Part shown: piece after piece, positions 9,261-18,775 of the stretch | How positions within the stretch are numbered: the stretch's first letter is position 1 | How the letters are laid out: each line of letters starts with the position of its first letter | IMG/VR virus record: IMGVR_UViG_3300032235_000653 | Coordinates: 1 to 64,000 of that record | Strand: one strand, 5' to 3' | Origin: a virus | DNA length: 64,000 nucleotides | Notes under the pieces: generated by a model | Told to the model about the DNA's origin: nothing | Databases searched by the model: none | What the model saw: the letters and a program-made list of their open reading frames with translations, nothing else | Made by a program: the position numbers and the translations under genes

Positions 9261-9340
9261 ACCTGTGCCTTAGGACCGGGTGGGCGGGAACCCTAGCCCT
9301 TATAAACAAATTCGCTACTTGTTTATGTTAATAGGGTTCA
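9261..9340 (+). ncRNA. Candidate structured RNA with segments antisense to 23S rRNA H69-H71
   Basis: GC-rich island. Stems gaacccta/tagggttc (9288-9295/9332-9339) and ataaacaa/ttgtttat (9302-9309/9319-9326). CCTTAGGACCG and loop TTCGCTAC are complementary to CGGUCCUAAGGUAGCGAA. Confidence 0.45.
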
Positions 9341-9920
9341 TTTTACATTTCTCACCATGCCATTGTAAGATATTAGATATTGAACATTCTTTATGACAGT
9401 GAATACAGCACATTCTTCTTTTAGGAACACCTAATTGCCATTTTGAGTGTTTCTTTTTATTTTCGAAATTCCATTTCCAACCACCTTTCTGCTTTTTCGG
9501 CGTCTGCTTTTTCGGGGTATTTTTGTCTTTTATTTTATAACCCTTTGCGGCATACGTTCGTTTAACCGATTCCGAAAGCTTTGCCTTATGGTCAGATGTC
9601 ATTGGTTTTAATTTTATACCCTTAACTCCTCCGCCCCAAAGACCGTCTTCTATTTTTAAATTTGCCCATTCATCCGACTCGACTATATTGTTTTCTATAG
9701 AGAATTTAGTTGCAAATTCTACTAATTCTTCTTTATCGTGAAATAACTGACACCACACAGTAGTGACATCATTGCCGTATTTGTTTAAATGTCTTGACCA
9801 TAGCTTACCTGATCCTTTATAATTAAGCACATTTGTTTTAACAGTCTTCCCGAAGTATTTTAACCCAGTGATATTGTGTTGTTTAATATAAAGGTAGGTT
9901 GATTTAAAATAAATACTCAT
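9315..9920 (-). CDS. GIY-YIG-type (Seg-like) free-standing homing endonuclease
   Basis: N-terminal YLYIKQHNITGLKYFGKT...YKGSG; basic NUMOD-like region and a C-terminal CIHC Zn motif; oriented opposite to its neighbours. Confidence 0.75.
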   Translation of the reverse strand: MSIYFKSTYLYIKQHNITGLKYFGKTVKTNVLNYKGSGKLWSRHLNKYGNDVTTVWCQLFHDKEELVEFATKFSIENNIVESDEWANLKIEDGLWGGGVKGIKLKPMTSDHKAKLSESVKRTYAAKGYKIKDKNTPKKQTPKKQKGGWKWNFENKKKHSKWQLGVPKRRMCCIHCHKECSISNILQWHGEKCKMNPININK

Positions 9921-9986
9921 GCTGATTGCTCCTTATAGCATTAGAGTAGTTGGGAATCGCCATTCCGCGAACTACACCTTTATTTA
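9921..9986 (-). promoter_or_regulatory. Late promoter (TAAATA) and structured 5' leader of the endonuclease
   Basis: Minus strand reads TAAATA, then hairpin GTAGTT-cgc-GGAAT-ggcg-ATTCC-c-AACTAC, then ATGCT-ataAGGAGcaatc-AGCAT-G enclosing the SD and start. Confidence 0.6.
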
Positions 9987-9996
9987 TTCAACTATT

Positions 9997-11091
9997 ATGA
10001 TAATTTGGTTCAATTGTAAAATTACAGATCAACGACTTAACCCCCAAAGTATAATTAGATATAATCTTAGAGACGACAACAGGTTTGATATCGCAAAGTA
10101 TAGTTTTGCCAGCTTTGCACCCTTAGAGCCTCTGACCAGCAAGTTTATTTTTAACCTCGAGCTGGCAGATAGCCACAGTGGCCGAGAATCGGAAATGGAA
10201 GCATGGCTTAAAGGAATTTTTCCTGCTGACAAATTAAGTATCCATTGGTATAGAGCAAACAACATTGCTCAATGGCAGGAAATTAAAGAAGAAATCGATC
10301 AAATTGATGACGATTTAATTTTCCCTGCAGGAAATGAAGATCATATTTTCTTAGACAGTAACATCGAAGTATTCAAACGTGGATTAGAACTTATTAAACA
10401 AGATCCCTATCCTTATGCTACATTGATGACCAGTCATTATCCAGAAAGCATCAGGGCTGCACATTATTTCAAAGGCACCCCCAGCAGTTGTGGCAACTAT
10501 GTCAGTTACGAAATGGTTAACAACGATGCTATTCGGGTTATAAAGAAGGAATATTTTGAATGGTATCTAGATACTGCAAAAAATTCTGATGCATTGCTTT
10601 TCAGATCTGAGCAGTGGAACAACATTGGTATTTTATCCAATAAGCTATATATTCCCACTAAAGAACAGTTTAGACACTTTGACGGATATGCACATGTGCA
10701 GGTAGGCGCAGATACTTGCCCCCCATTGGAGATTCCCGCAGGATTTTTTGATGGTATGACTATTCGTTATGGCTACAGCGACAGGCAGTCAGATGCAGTT
10801 AATATTAACCCAATGTCCGAACAACTTTATACAGTTGATCACGAAAAAGGTGCCGATTATCGATATACTCTGGATGAGTTACCTCTATTCTGGAAACAGT
10901 ATATTAAACAAACAGATATTTCCGCCGATGTTGACCAATCGAAAATGAATCAAGCCTACGATACCCATCTACTACAAATGACTAGAGTAAATGTAAATTG
11001 GTTTCACGTAGGCGCTCGGTTTGATGAATCTAATTATCCTCCGGCAAACTGGATCAACAATCACACAAAAGAATACTTGTTCTACGAGTAA
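9997..11091 (+). CDS. Hypothetical protein, possibly glycosyltransferase-like
   Basis: ATG 9997 (MIIWFNCK) is preferred over 9919, which overlaps the endonuclease leader. AGNEDHIFLD acidic motif. Confidence 0.5.
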   Translation: MIIWFNCKITDQRLNPQSIIRYNLRDDNRFDIAKYSFASFAPLEPLTSKFIFNLELADSHSGRESEMEAWLKGIFPADKLSIHWYRANNIAQWQEIKEEIDQIDDDLIFPAGNEDHIFLDSNIEVFKRGLELIKQDPYPYATLMTSHYPESIRAAHYFKGTPSSCGNYVSYEMVNNDAIRVIKKEYFEWYLDTAKNSDALLFRSEQWNNIGILSNKLYIPTKEQFRHFDGYAHVQVGADTCPPLEIPAGFFDGMTIRYGYSDRQSDAVNINPMSEQLYTVDHEKGADYRYTLDELPLFWKQYIKQTDISADVDQSKMNQAYDTHLLQMTRVNVNWFHVGARFDESNYPPANWINNHTKEYLFYE

Positions 11092-11105
11092 ATTTAATAT
11101 ATAAT
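11077..11105 (+). promoter_or_regulatory. Sigma70-type promoter
   Basis: TTGTTC-N17-TATAAT, followed by AGGAG and ATG 11124. Confidence 0.55.
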
Positions 11106-11123
11106 ACATTTTTAGGAGCATAT

Positions 11124-11390
11124 ATGAGCGATTACAATCGAAGTTTTAATGGCGACGCAAAAATCAAGTTGACCCAACTTATTAACGAGGGTATGACTGT
11201 TCTTCAAGAAATCGAAGACTTGAATACTGGTCTGAACGAAACTATCAAAGCCATTGCAGAAGAACTAGAGATTAAACCTGCTACATTAAAAAAAGCCGTT
11301 AAAATTGCACACAAAGCCAAACTAGGCGAAACTAATCGAGATCACGACGAACTTAACACTATTCTCGAAACAGTGGGCAAGACTCTTTGA
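11124..11390 (+). CDS. Small helical dsDNA-binding protein (T4 DsbA/GapR-like)
   Basis: 88 aa; EIEDLN...IKAIAEELEIKPATLKKAVKIAHK pattern; good SD. Confidence 0.55.
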   Translation: MSDYNRSFNGDAKIKLTQLINEGMTVLQEIEDLNTGLNETIKAIAEELEIKPATLKKAVKIAHKAKLGETNRDHDELNTILETVGKTL

Positions 11391-11674
11391 ACGATTTATT
11401 GTATCATACCTTTGCATGGATTAAAGATGATTGGAAGTCTAATCCTTTACGCTTTGTTGTCGAGTTGCTTGCTTGGGGGATTAGTATTGGCTGTAGTATC
11501 ACTATGGCAGTCACCGTCCCCAATCCACCGCTTATTATTCTTTATCCAATTTGGATTAGCGGTTGTGCTATGTATGCTTGGGCTGCTTGGACTCGCAGGT
11601 CGTTTGGGATGCTAGCTAACTACATACTTTTAACCGTCATCGACACTGTTGGACTAGTAAGGATGGTAATGTAA
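11387..11674 (+). CDS. Small membrane protein
   Basis: Three hydrophobic segments; translationally coupled to both neighbours. Confidence 0.65.
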   Translation: MNDLLYHTFAWIKDDWKSNPLRFVVELLAWGISIGCSITMAVTVPNPPLIILYPIWISGCAMYAWAAWTRRSFGMLANYILLTVIDTVGLVRMVM

Positions 11675-14340
11675 TGTCATATGTGGACGCACTATTCGAT
11701 AAACAAAAAGATCGTATTCACGTGGTAGAGCGTGTCAATGGCTCTCGCGAATATAAGGAATATCCAGTCAACTATATATTTTATTATGATGACCCTAAGG
11801 GAAAACATAGGACTATATACGGCACTCCTGTAACCAGATTTGCCACCCGTAACGGTAAAGAATTTCAAAAAGAATTACGGATGCAGAATGGTAAAAGACT
11901 ATGGGAAAGCGATTTTAAACCTGTATTTAGATGCCTTGAAGAAAACTATCTCGGTGCTGAACCACCTAGGTTGCAAACGGCGTTCTTCGACATTGAAGTT
12001 GACTTTGATCCGCAGCGAGGATTTAGTCCAGTCTCAGATCCATTTAACAAAATCACTGCTATCAGTATCTATTTAGATTGGCTAGATAAATTAGTAACAT
12101 TGGCCATCCCTCCAAAGTCAATGAGCTGGGAGACCGCCGAAGAAATTTGTGCTAAATTCAGTGACTGTTACATTTTCGACAGAGAAGAAGATATGTTAGA
12201 TACATTTCTTAATCTCATCGATGACGCAGACATCTTAAGTGGGTGGAACAGCGAAGGATATGATATTCCCTATACTGTTGGCCGTATTACTCGAGTATTA
12301 AGCAAAGACGATACTCGACGACTTTGTTTATGGGGACAATTTCCTAAACAGCGAGAATTTGATCGATTCGGCGCCACTAATATTACTTTTGATTTAATTG
12401 GCAGAGTTCATTTGGACTACATGCAATTGTATCGTAAGTACACTTATGAAGAACGTCACAGCTATAGTCTGGACGCAATTGGCGAATATGAACTAGATGA
12501 AAGAAAAACTGCCTACGAAGGCACATTGGACCAATTATATAATAAAGACTTTGAAAAGTTTTTAGAGTATAACAGGCAAGACACTCGCTTGCTTGCTAAA
12601 CTAGACAAGAAGCTACGTTTCTTGGATTTGGCGAATACCATTGCTCACGATAACACGGTGTTATTGCAGACAACAATGGGCGCAGTTGCAACCACAGAAC
12701 AGGCAATTATCAATGAAGCACACAGTCAAGGATTGGTCGTTCCTAATAGGAAGGGCAGAGAAGAAGATGGAGACACCCAAGCGGCAGGTGCCTATGTTGC
12801 TTATCCCAAAGTCGGGATGCACAAATACATCGGAGCAATTGACATCAACAGTCTCTATCCCTCGGCCATCCGATCGCTTAACATGGGACCAGAAACAATT
12901 GTAGGACAGTTGCGTCCTGTAATGACAGATCGTTACATCAAAGAAAAAATAGATGGGGGAGATAGCTTTGCGGCCGCATGGGAAGGATTGTTTGGTAGCT
13001 TAGAATACGAAGCAGTAATGCGTGGAGATCCCGGAGTAGAAATTACCATCGACTGGGAAGCAGATGGCACCAGTGATGTATGCAGTGCTGCCGATGTATG
13101 GCGTATTATATTTGACAGTAATAAGCCTTGGATTTTAAGTGCCAACGGCACTATTTTTACCAGCGAGCATAAAGGTATTATCCCAGGCCTACTAGAAAGA
13201 TGGTATGCTGAACGTAAACAGATGCAGGCCAAACTTAAAGAATCCGCCACGCCTGAAGATCAAGAGTATTGGGACAAGCGACAGCTAGTTAAGAAAATTA
13301 ATCTTAATAGCTTGTATGGTGCTATCTTAAATCCAGGATGCAGATTTTTCGACAACAGAATCGGTCAAAGCACTACACTAACTGGACGAGCTATTGCTAA
13401 ACACATGGACAGTTTTGTCAACGAATGTATATTCGGCAAATATGATCATATAGGAGATTCTATTATTTACGGTGACACTGATTCTGTTTACTTCAGTGCG
13501 TGGCCGGCCGTGCAAGCAGATGTCGAAGCTGGTCGCATGGAATGGAACAAAGACATTGCTGTTCAACTATACGACAGTATTGGAGAACAAGTTAATCAAA
13601 GCTTTCCGGGTTTCATGGAACGAGCATTTCATTGCCCCCGACAAAATGGATCTATTATTAAAGGTGGTCGAGAGCTTGTAGCCATTTCTGGTTTGTTTAT
13701 TAAGAAAAAGCGATATGCGGTTCTTATCTACGACAAAGAAGGCAAACGCCTAGATGTCAAAGGCGCAGAGGGCAAAGTAAAAGCCATGGGCCTAGACTTA
13801 AAAAGAAGCGATACTCCGAAAGTGGTACAAGACTTTTTAAGTGAAATTTTGTTGGACGTACTTACTGGTGCTGAACGTGAATCGATTATCGAAAAAGTAA
13901 AAGAATTTAAAATTAAATTTCAAGAGCGTCCAGCATGGGAAAAAGGAACTCCCAAACGAGTTAATAACTTAACCAAGTACACTGCCGATGAAGCCCGACA
14001 AGGTAAAGCAAACATGCCCGGTCATGTACGAGCGGCTATGAACTGGAACAATCTGCGTCGTATGCACAGTGACAACTATAGTATGCAAATCGTAGATGGT
14101 ATGAAAGTTATTGTTTGCAAACTGAAAAACAATCCTCTGGGATATACCAGCGTAGCTTATCCCACAGACGAAACACATATCCCTCAATGGTTTAAAGATT
14201 TGCCTTTTGACGACAACCTGATGGAAGAAGGCATTGTGGACCAAAAAGTAGAAAATTTATTAGGTGTATTGAAATGGGAAATTTCAGAAAATACAGATAT
14301 CAATAGTACATTTGATACTTTGTTTAACTTTTCAGATTGA
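11674..14340 (+). CDS. Family B DNA polymerase with 3'-5' exonuclease
   Basis: FFDIEVD (ExoI), GWNSEGYDIPY (ExoII), YNRQD (ExoIII), DINSLYPS, KINLNSLYG, YGDTDS and KKRYA. Confidence 0.97.
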   Translation: MSYVDALFDKQKDRIHVVERVNGSREYKEYPVNYIFYYDDPKGKHRTIYGTPVTRFATRNGKEFQKELRMQNGKRLWESDFKPVFRCLEENYLGAEPPRLQTAFFDIEVDFDPQRGFSPVSDPFNKITAISIYLDWLDKLVTLAIPPKSMSWETAEEICAKFSDCYIFDREEDMLDTFLNLIDDADILSGWNSEGYDIPYTVGRITRVLSKDDTRRLCLWGQFPKQREFDRFGATNITFDLIGRVHLDYMQLYRKYTYEERHSYSLDAIGEYELDERKTAYEGTLDQLYNKDFEKFLEYNRQDTRLLAKLDKKLRFLDLANTIAHDNTVLLQTTMGAVATTEQAIINEAHSQGLVVPNRKGREEDGDTQAAGAYVAYPKVGMHKYIGAIDINSLYPSAIRSLNMGPETIVGQLRPVMTDRYIKEKIDGGDSFAAAWEGLFGSLEYEAVMRGDPGVEITIDWEADGTSDVCSAADVWRIIFDSNKPWILSANGTIFTSEHKGIIPGLLERWYAERKQMQAKLKESATPEDQEYWDKRQLVKKINLNSLYGAILNPGCRFFDNRIGQSTTLTGRAIAKHMDSFVNECIFGKYDHIGDSIIYGDTDSVYFSAWPAVQADVEAGRMEWNKDIAVQLYDSIGEQVNQSFPGFMERAFHCPRQNGSIIKGGRELVAISGLFIKKKRYAVLIYDKEGKRLDVKGAEGKVKAMGLDLKRSDTPKVVQDFLSEILLDVLTGAERESIIEKVKEFKIKFQERPAWEKGTPKRVNNLTKYTADEARQGKANMPGHVRAAMNWNNLRRMHSDNYSMQIVDGMKVIVCKLKNNPLGYTSVAYPTDETHIPQWFKDLPFDDNLMEEGIVDQKVENLLGVLKWEISENTDINSTFDTLFNFSD

Positions 14341-14358
14341 ATTTTAAATTTATTAAAA

Positions 14359-15318
14359 ATGAAAATAAGCGAACTAGTAAGAATAAAAGAACAATTGTTG
14401 AAGTTTAAATCTCCGACTTTTTCAACTTTTATCGAATCTAAATTTAGAGAAACATCAATATATGTAGATAATATGCTGAGTTCTTTTGTGTTTGGAGACA
14501 TAAAAAACAATCTTGCCAATCAATTGATTCGATTGAATTCACATATAAAGCAAACAGACGAACTAATAGACAACTTAATTCAATATGTTGAAAAGTTAAT
14601 AGAAGAACAAGTTAAAGAGTTTTATAAAAGCGGTTATTTAATAAACGGTGTCGAATTTACCAGTGACACCGATGTTCAGAATGAACGACAATATAGAACT
14701 GCAATTTGTGACGAAAGCGTTAAACAAATCGTAACAGCAGATATAAGAAATCACACAAACTCTAAATATCCAGCTTTAGAAATTGGGCCCGGCGACGGAC
14801 AATGGACTGAATTTATGGTAGCAGGGGATCCTTTATATATCGTTGATATTCACCCAGAGTTCATTGAATCTACAAAATCTAAGTTTCCCATAGAATATCA
14901 AAGAAGATTACGATCATATCTATTAGGGTGGAACGGTAATCCTAAAGACGATTTAAGTATACTTCCACAAAATCAATTTGGGTTTATATTTGCTTGGCAA
15001 GTATTTGATTTTTTTCCGTTGGATAAAACTACATTATATTTAGAACAATGTTTTAATTTATTGCGCCCGGGCGGCGTAATGATGTTTAGCTATAATAATT
15101 GTGAATTTAGTAATGCCACTGTTTCGGCTGAAACTGGTTTTAAGAGTTGGATGACTAAAACATTGTTAATTCAGACTTGCGAAGGGATAGGATTTGAAAT
15201 AATGGAAACCAGAGATTCACTGTCAGGATTTCACTGGATTAAAATTAAAAAATCTGGCGAACTTAGAACGGTAAAAGTCGGGCAAGCCATGGGAGAGATT
15301 ATTCACCGCAAGACTTGA
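14359..15318 (+). CDS. Class I SAM-dependent methyltransferase with N-terminal coiled coil
   Basis: ALEIGPGDG, IVDIH and LLRPGGVMMF motifs. Confidence 0.8.
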   Translation: MKISELVRIKEQLLKFKSPTFSTFIESKFRETSIYVDNMLSSFVFGDIKNNLANQLIRLNSHIKQTDELIDNLIQYVEKLIEEQVKEFYKSGYLINGVEFTSDTDVQNERQYRTAICDESVKQIVTADIRNHTNSKYPALEIGPGDGQWTEFMVAGDPLYIVDIHPEFIESTKSKFPIEYQRRLRSYLLGWNGNPKDDLSILPQNQFGFIFAWQVFDFFPLDKTTLYLEQCFNLLRPGGVMMFSYNNCEFSNATVSAETGFKSWMTKTLLIQTCEGIGFEIMETRDSLSGFHWIKIKKSGELRTVKVGQAMGEIIHRKT

Positions 15319-15343
15319 TTTTTCTAAATAACTTGTATACACT
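15315..15343 (+). promoter_or_regulatory. Overlapping sigma70-like and TAAATA promoter elements
   Basis: TTGATT-N17-TACACT with TAAATA at 15325-15330; GGAG SD before ATG 15364. Confidence 0.45.
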
Positions 15344-15363
15344 AACACATTATCGGAGAACAT

Positions 15364-16095
15364 ATGAAAGACCACCTATTAGACATCGTGCAACATACCC
15401 ATGGACTAGGAGTTATTGACCTAGTTAAGATTGTTGGCACAGAAAACGAAACTATATTAGAAGCAATTGCAGAAAATCGCAGTGTTATTCTGCAAGCTAA
15501 ATTTAAAGGGCCAATTGCAGAATTTGTTGGCACATTTGGTATGCCGAATTTGGGCAAGTTAAACACTGTTCTTAATATTCCAGAATATAAAGAAAATGCG
15601 GTCATCACTGTCAGCACCCAAACCAAGAATGAAGAAACAGTTCCAGTAGGAGTTCATTTCGAAAACAAAACTGGCGATTTTAAAAACGATTATCGTTTTA
15701 TGAGCGCCGAGATTGTCAATGACAAACTTAAAACTGTGCGTATGAAACAGGTTGCATGGAACATAGATATTACTCCTAGCGCAGCCAGTATTCAACGTCT
15801 CAAATTTCAAGCCAGTGCAAACAGTGAAGAAAACAATTTCATTGCTAAAACAGAAAACAACGATTTAAAGTTTTACTTTGGTGATCACAGTAGTCATGCA
15901 GGTAACTTTGTTTTCCATTCTGGCGTTAGTGGTAAACTATCCAAAGCATGGGCGTGGCCGGTAGCGGTGGTTATTAGCATCCTTAGCCTGCCTGGTGACA
16001 AAACTTTTAAAATCAGTGACGAAGGTGCGGCAATGATTACTGTGGACAGCGGTATTGCAGAATACAACTATATTCTACCAGCACAGACCAAATAA
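15364..16095 (+). CDS. DNA polymerase sliding clamp (gp45-like)
   Basis: 243 aa beta-rich protein near polB. C-terminal KISDEGAAMITVDSGIAEYNYILPA is typical of clamp folds. Confidence 0.7.
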   Translation: MKDHLLDIVQHTHGLGVIDLVKIVGTENETILEAIAENRSVILQAKFKGPIAEFVGTFGMPNLGKLNTVLNIPEYKENAVITVSTQTKNEETVPVGVHFENKTGDFKNDYRFMSAEIVNDKLKTVRMKQVAWNIDITPSAASIQRLKFQASANSEENNFIAKTENNDLKFYFGDHSSHAGNFVFHSGVSGKLSKAWAWPVAVVISILSLPGDKTFKISDEGAAMITVDSGIAEYNYILPAQTK

Positions 16096-16991
16096 TGTTA
16101 TACGAAGTCAACAACTTAGACATTGTAATTACCAGAAACTGCCAGTTAGATTGTTCGGGTTGTTTGACTTTTAGTAATCATAATAAAGCAAAAGAACACT
16201 TAAACTTAGAAGACAACTTAAAATATCTAGACTTTTGGTCTGATAAGCTTGATGTGAATACCATTCATATTTTTGGGGGCGAACCTTTTATGCACCCAAA
16301 TCTCTTTGATTGGGTATATGCTGTACGAGATTCTTTTAGAAAAAAACAAACTAGTAAAAGTAAAGCCATTAACATACAGACAAATGGTATAAAAATTTCA
16401 TCATACGACATAGATAAATTGCAGATTTTAGTTAATGACTGTAGACTGAGTATCAATATTACCATTCACAGTAAAGAACAATGGTATCTTGAAAAAATTA
16501 ATGAGGCCATTGCTGTCATTGAAAAAATTTACGGAACTGGTCATTGGGAAAAAATTAATCAGACTGATAAACGTTACGTAAATGAAAAGCGTATATGGGT
16601 GAGTGTAAGTGATCAGACTGAAAAAACATGGATTAATCATTATTTAGGTCATGGGAAAACACTAAGACCTAGCTTCGAATTTGACCTTTCACATTACGTT
16701 GCAAATCATTCACATTGTGAAGCCAAAGAGTACGTTCAACTTTATAAAGGTAATTTATACAAATGTCCGCCGATGGCAGTACTAGGTGAAACCTTAAAAC
16801 TTTATGATTATCCCAATCAATCTCAGTGGCAACCTTGGTTGGAATATCAACCACTATTTGCAAATTCCACTGACGAAGAAATAAAAAGTTGGTTAGATAA
16901 GCAAAAAGTACCTGAAAAATATTGCAATATGTGTTTTGGTTCGGAAGAGAAAAACATACTACACAGAATTAAAGTAAAAAAATATGAATAA
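16095..16991 (+). CDS. Radical SAM protein
   Basis: CQLDCSGC (CxxxCxxC), FGGEP, QTNG and C-terminal Cys residues (YKCP, CNMC). Confidence 0.88.
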   Translation: MLYEVNNLDIVITRNCQLDCSGCLTFSNHNKAKEHLNLEDNLKYLDFWSDKLDVNTIHIFGGEPFMHPNLFDWVYAVRDSFRKKQTSKSKAINIQTNGIKISSYDIDKLQILVNDCRLSINITIHSKEQWYLEKINEAIAVIEKIYGTGHWEKINQTDKRYVNEKRIWVSVSDQTEKTWINHYLGHGKTLRPSFEFDLSHYVANHSHCEAKEYVQLYKGNLYKCPPMAVLGETLKLYDYPNQSQWQPWLEYQPLFANSTDEEIKSWLDKQKVPEKYCNMCFGSEEKNILHRIKVKKYE

Positions 16992-18552
16992 AAACACCAT
17001 AGATGATCTGACTAGTAAGCAGAATGACTATGCAGTCTTTTTGCCTGCACTGAGTAGCTTCTATGCAACTTATGTAGGCAAGCAACGTCACGATCCTACT
17101 TACATTGATGCACAGCGTTTGCCTGCAGATTTTGAAAACGGGGTCGAAGGACTAAATTGGCTTAATAATAAACAGGGTTATTTTCATTATAAGTGGGCAT
17201 TGTACAGTGCAGGTCATGCTAACTTGGACACTAACAAATCTGATCCAAAAGAGGATATGGTTCGTAACCGTGATCCTAACACATTCGTCCTAGGCGACAG
17301 TGGTGGATTTCAAATTGGTAAAGGTGTATGGGAAGGTAATTGGAAAGATCCAGCTTGTCCCAAAGCACAAAAGAAACGCGAGCAAGTGCTTGCGTGGATG
17401 GATGCTTACATGGATCGGGGAATGATCCTTGACATTCCTGCATGGGTTGCCCGTAGTCCTGCAGGACAAAAAGCCACAGGTATTAGCACCTATGCCGAAG
17501 CAGTTCAAGGCACATATATAAACAACGATTATTTTATGGCCAATCGAACAGGTCGTTGTAAATTCTTAAATGTTCTCCAAGGCGAAAATCATACAGAAGC
17601 AGATGACTGGTATGATCGTATGAAAAAATACTGCGATCCTAAACAGTATAGTCAACCATTTAACGGGTGGGCTATGGGTGGCCAAAATATGTGTGATGTT
17701 CATTTGCTATTACGTAGACTTGTAGCATTGCGTTTTGATGGTCTTTTAGAACCAGGCTTGCATGATTGGATGCACTTTTTAGGCACTAGTAAATTAGAGT
17801 GGGCTACATTGCTGACAGATGTCCAACGTGCAGTACGCAAGTATCATAATGAAAACTTTACAATATCGTTTGATTGTGCTAGTCCATTTTTAGCTACTGC
17901 AAATGGTCAAATTTACTATGATGTGGTTACTCCAGACCGATCCAAGTGGAGTTATCAAATGCAACCTAGTGTAGATAATAAAAAATATGCTACAGATACG
18001 CGGGCCTTCCGTGATGCAGTATTACAAGATAACATCTTTGATACATTTTTGCAAAGTCCTATCAGCGAACGATTGAAAATTAACGATGTATGTTATTACA
18101 AGCCTGGAGACTTAAATAAAATTGGTAAGGAAGGTCGTACTAGTTGGGACAGTTTTAGTTACACTTTGCAAATGGGTCATAATGTGTGGACGCATATACA
18201 TGCGGTTCAGGAAGCTAATCGTCAATACGATTCAGGCAAGTATCCTGAAATGTTAGTGTCTAGCACTGCTGACAAAAAGAGTTTTAGACAGTATGATCGC
18301 AACTTTTTTAGAGATATTGTTAATGATATTTTTGCTACCAGTGATCGGGGTCGAGCAGAAAACCTTATCGAACACTATAGTAAATATTGGATGAGTATTG
18401 TAGGAACTCGTGGCGCGGTGGGCAAAAAAACTGTTAATGCAGGAACTATGTTCAACAATTTATTTGAAATAAAAGATGAAGATTTATATCATCGTGATGA
18501 CAGCGGATTGGACGAATCTAAATTAGATATTTTGGAGATAGACAATGTATAA
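16984..18552 (+). CDS. dpdA: DpdA/TGT-family 7-deazaguanine transglycosylase
   Basis: VLGDSGGFQIG catalytic motif, MILDIP, LNVLQG, MHFLG and SFDCASP; clustered with folE, queD and queE. Confidence 0.75.
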   Translation: MNKNTIDDLTSKQNDYAVFLPALSSFYATYVGKQRHDPTYIDAQRLPADFENGVEGLNWLNNKQGYFHYKWALYSAGHANLDTNKSDPKEDMVRNRDPNTFVLGDSGGFQIGKGVWEGNWKDPACPKAQKKREQVLAWMDAYMDRGMILDIPAWVARSPAGQKATGISTYAEAVQGTYINNDYFMANRTGRCKFLNVLQGENHTEADDWYDRMKKYCDPKQYSQPFNGWAMGGQNMCDVHLLLRRLVALRFDGLLEPGLHDWMHFLGTSKLEWATLLTDVQRAVRKYHNENFTISFDCASPFLATANGQIYYDVVTPDRSKWSYQMQPSVDNKKYATDTRAFRDAVLQDNIFDTFLQSPISERLKINDVCYYKPGDLNKIGKEGRTSWDSFSYTLQMGHNVWTHIHAVQEANRQYDSGKYPEMLVSSTADKKSFRQYDRNFFRDIVNDIFATSDRGRAENLIEHYSKYWMSIVGTRGAVGKKTVNAGTMFNNLFEIKDEDLYHRDDSGLDESKLDILEIDNV

Positions 18553-18757
18553 AGGACGTATTAGACATTTGAAAGAAAGTCATCGTGTATTAGATGAGCG
18601 TATTATTGCACACGAGCGCGATCATCCTAATACTGAAAATCAATTAGTGCAGGAATGGAAAAAACAACAACTTGCACTCGAAAACGAAATCCGACGACTA
18701 GAACGGTTACAGTGGGAACATGATCATGACACTGTTGACTTTGACGATGATCGATAA
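18545..18757 (+). CDS. Small coiled-coil protein (DUF465/YdcH-like)
   Basis: LKESHRVLDERI...KKQQLALENEIRRLE pattern. Confidence 0.55.
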   Translation: MYKGRIRHLKESHRVLDERIIAHERDHPNTENQLVQEWKKQQLALENEIRRLERLQWEHDHDTVDFDDDR

Positions 18758-18769
18758 TTCTGTTATAAT
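18741..18769 (+). promoter_or_regulatory. Sigma70 promoter with extended -10
   Basis: TTGACG-N17-TATAAT with TG at -15/-14; ATG 18776 lies 6 nt after the -10. Confidence 0.65.
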
Positions 18770-18775
18770 CCAAGA

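Noticed and set aside
9261-9990. Group I intron or rRNA gene fragment around the endonuclease
   Set aside because: No recognisable P3-P7 catalytic core and no interrupted host gene; rRNA similarity is limited to two short permuted segments.
9919-9996. N-terminal extension of the 390-aa ORF from ATG 9919
   Set aside because: It overlaps the start and structured leader of the opposite-strand endonuclease; ATG 9997 is more plausible.
11674-14340. Intein or intron in the DNA polymerase (also checked thyA)
   Set aside because: All motifs are contiguous at normal spacing and lengths are typical.
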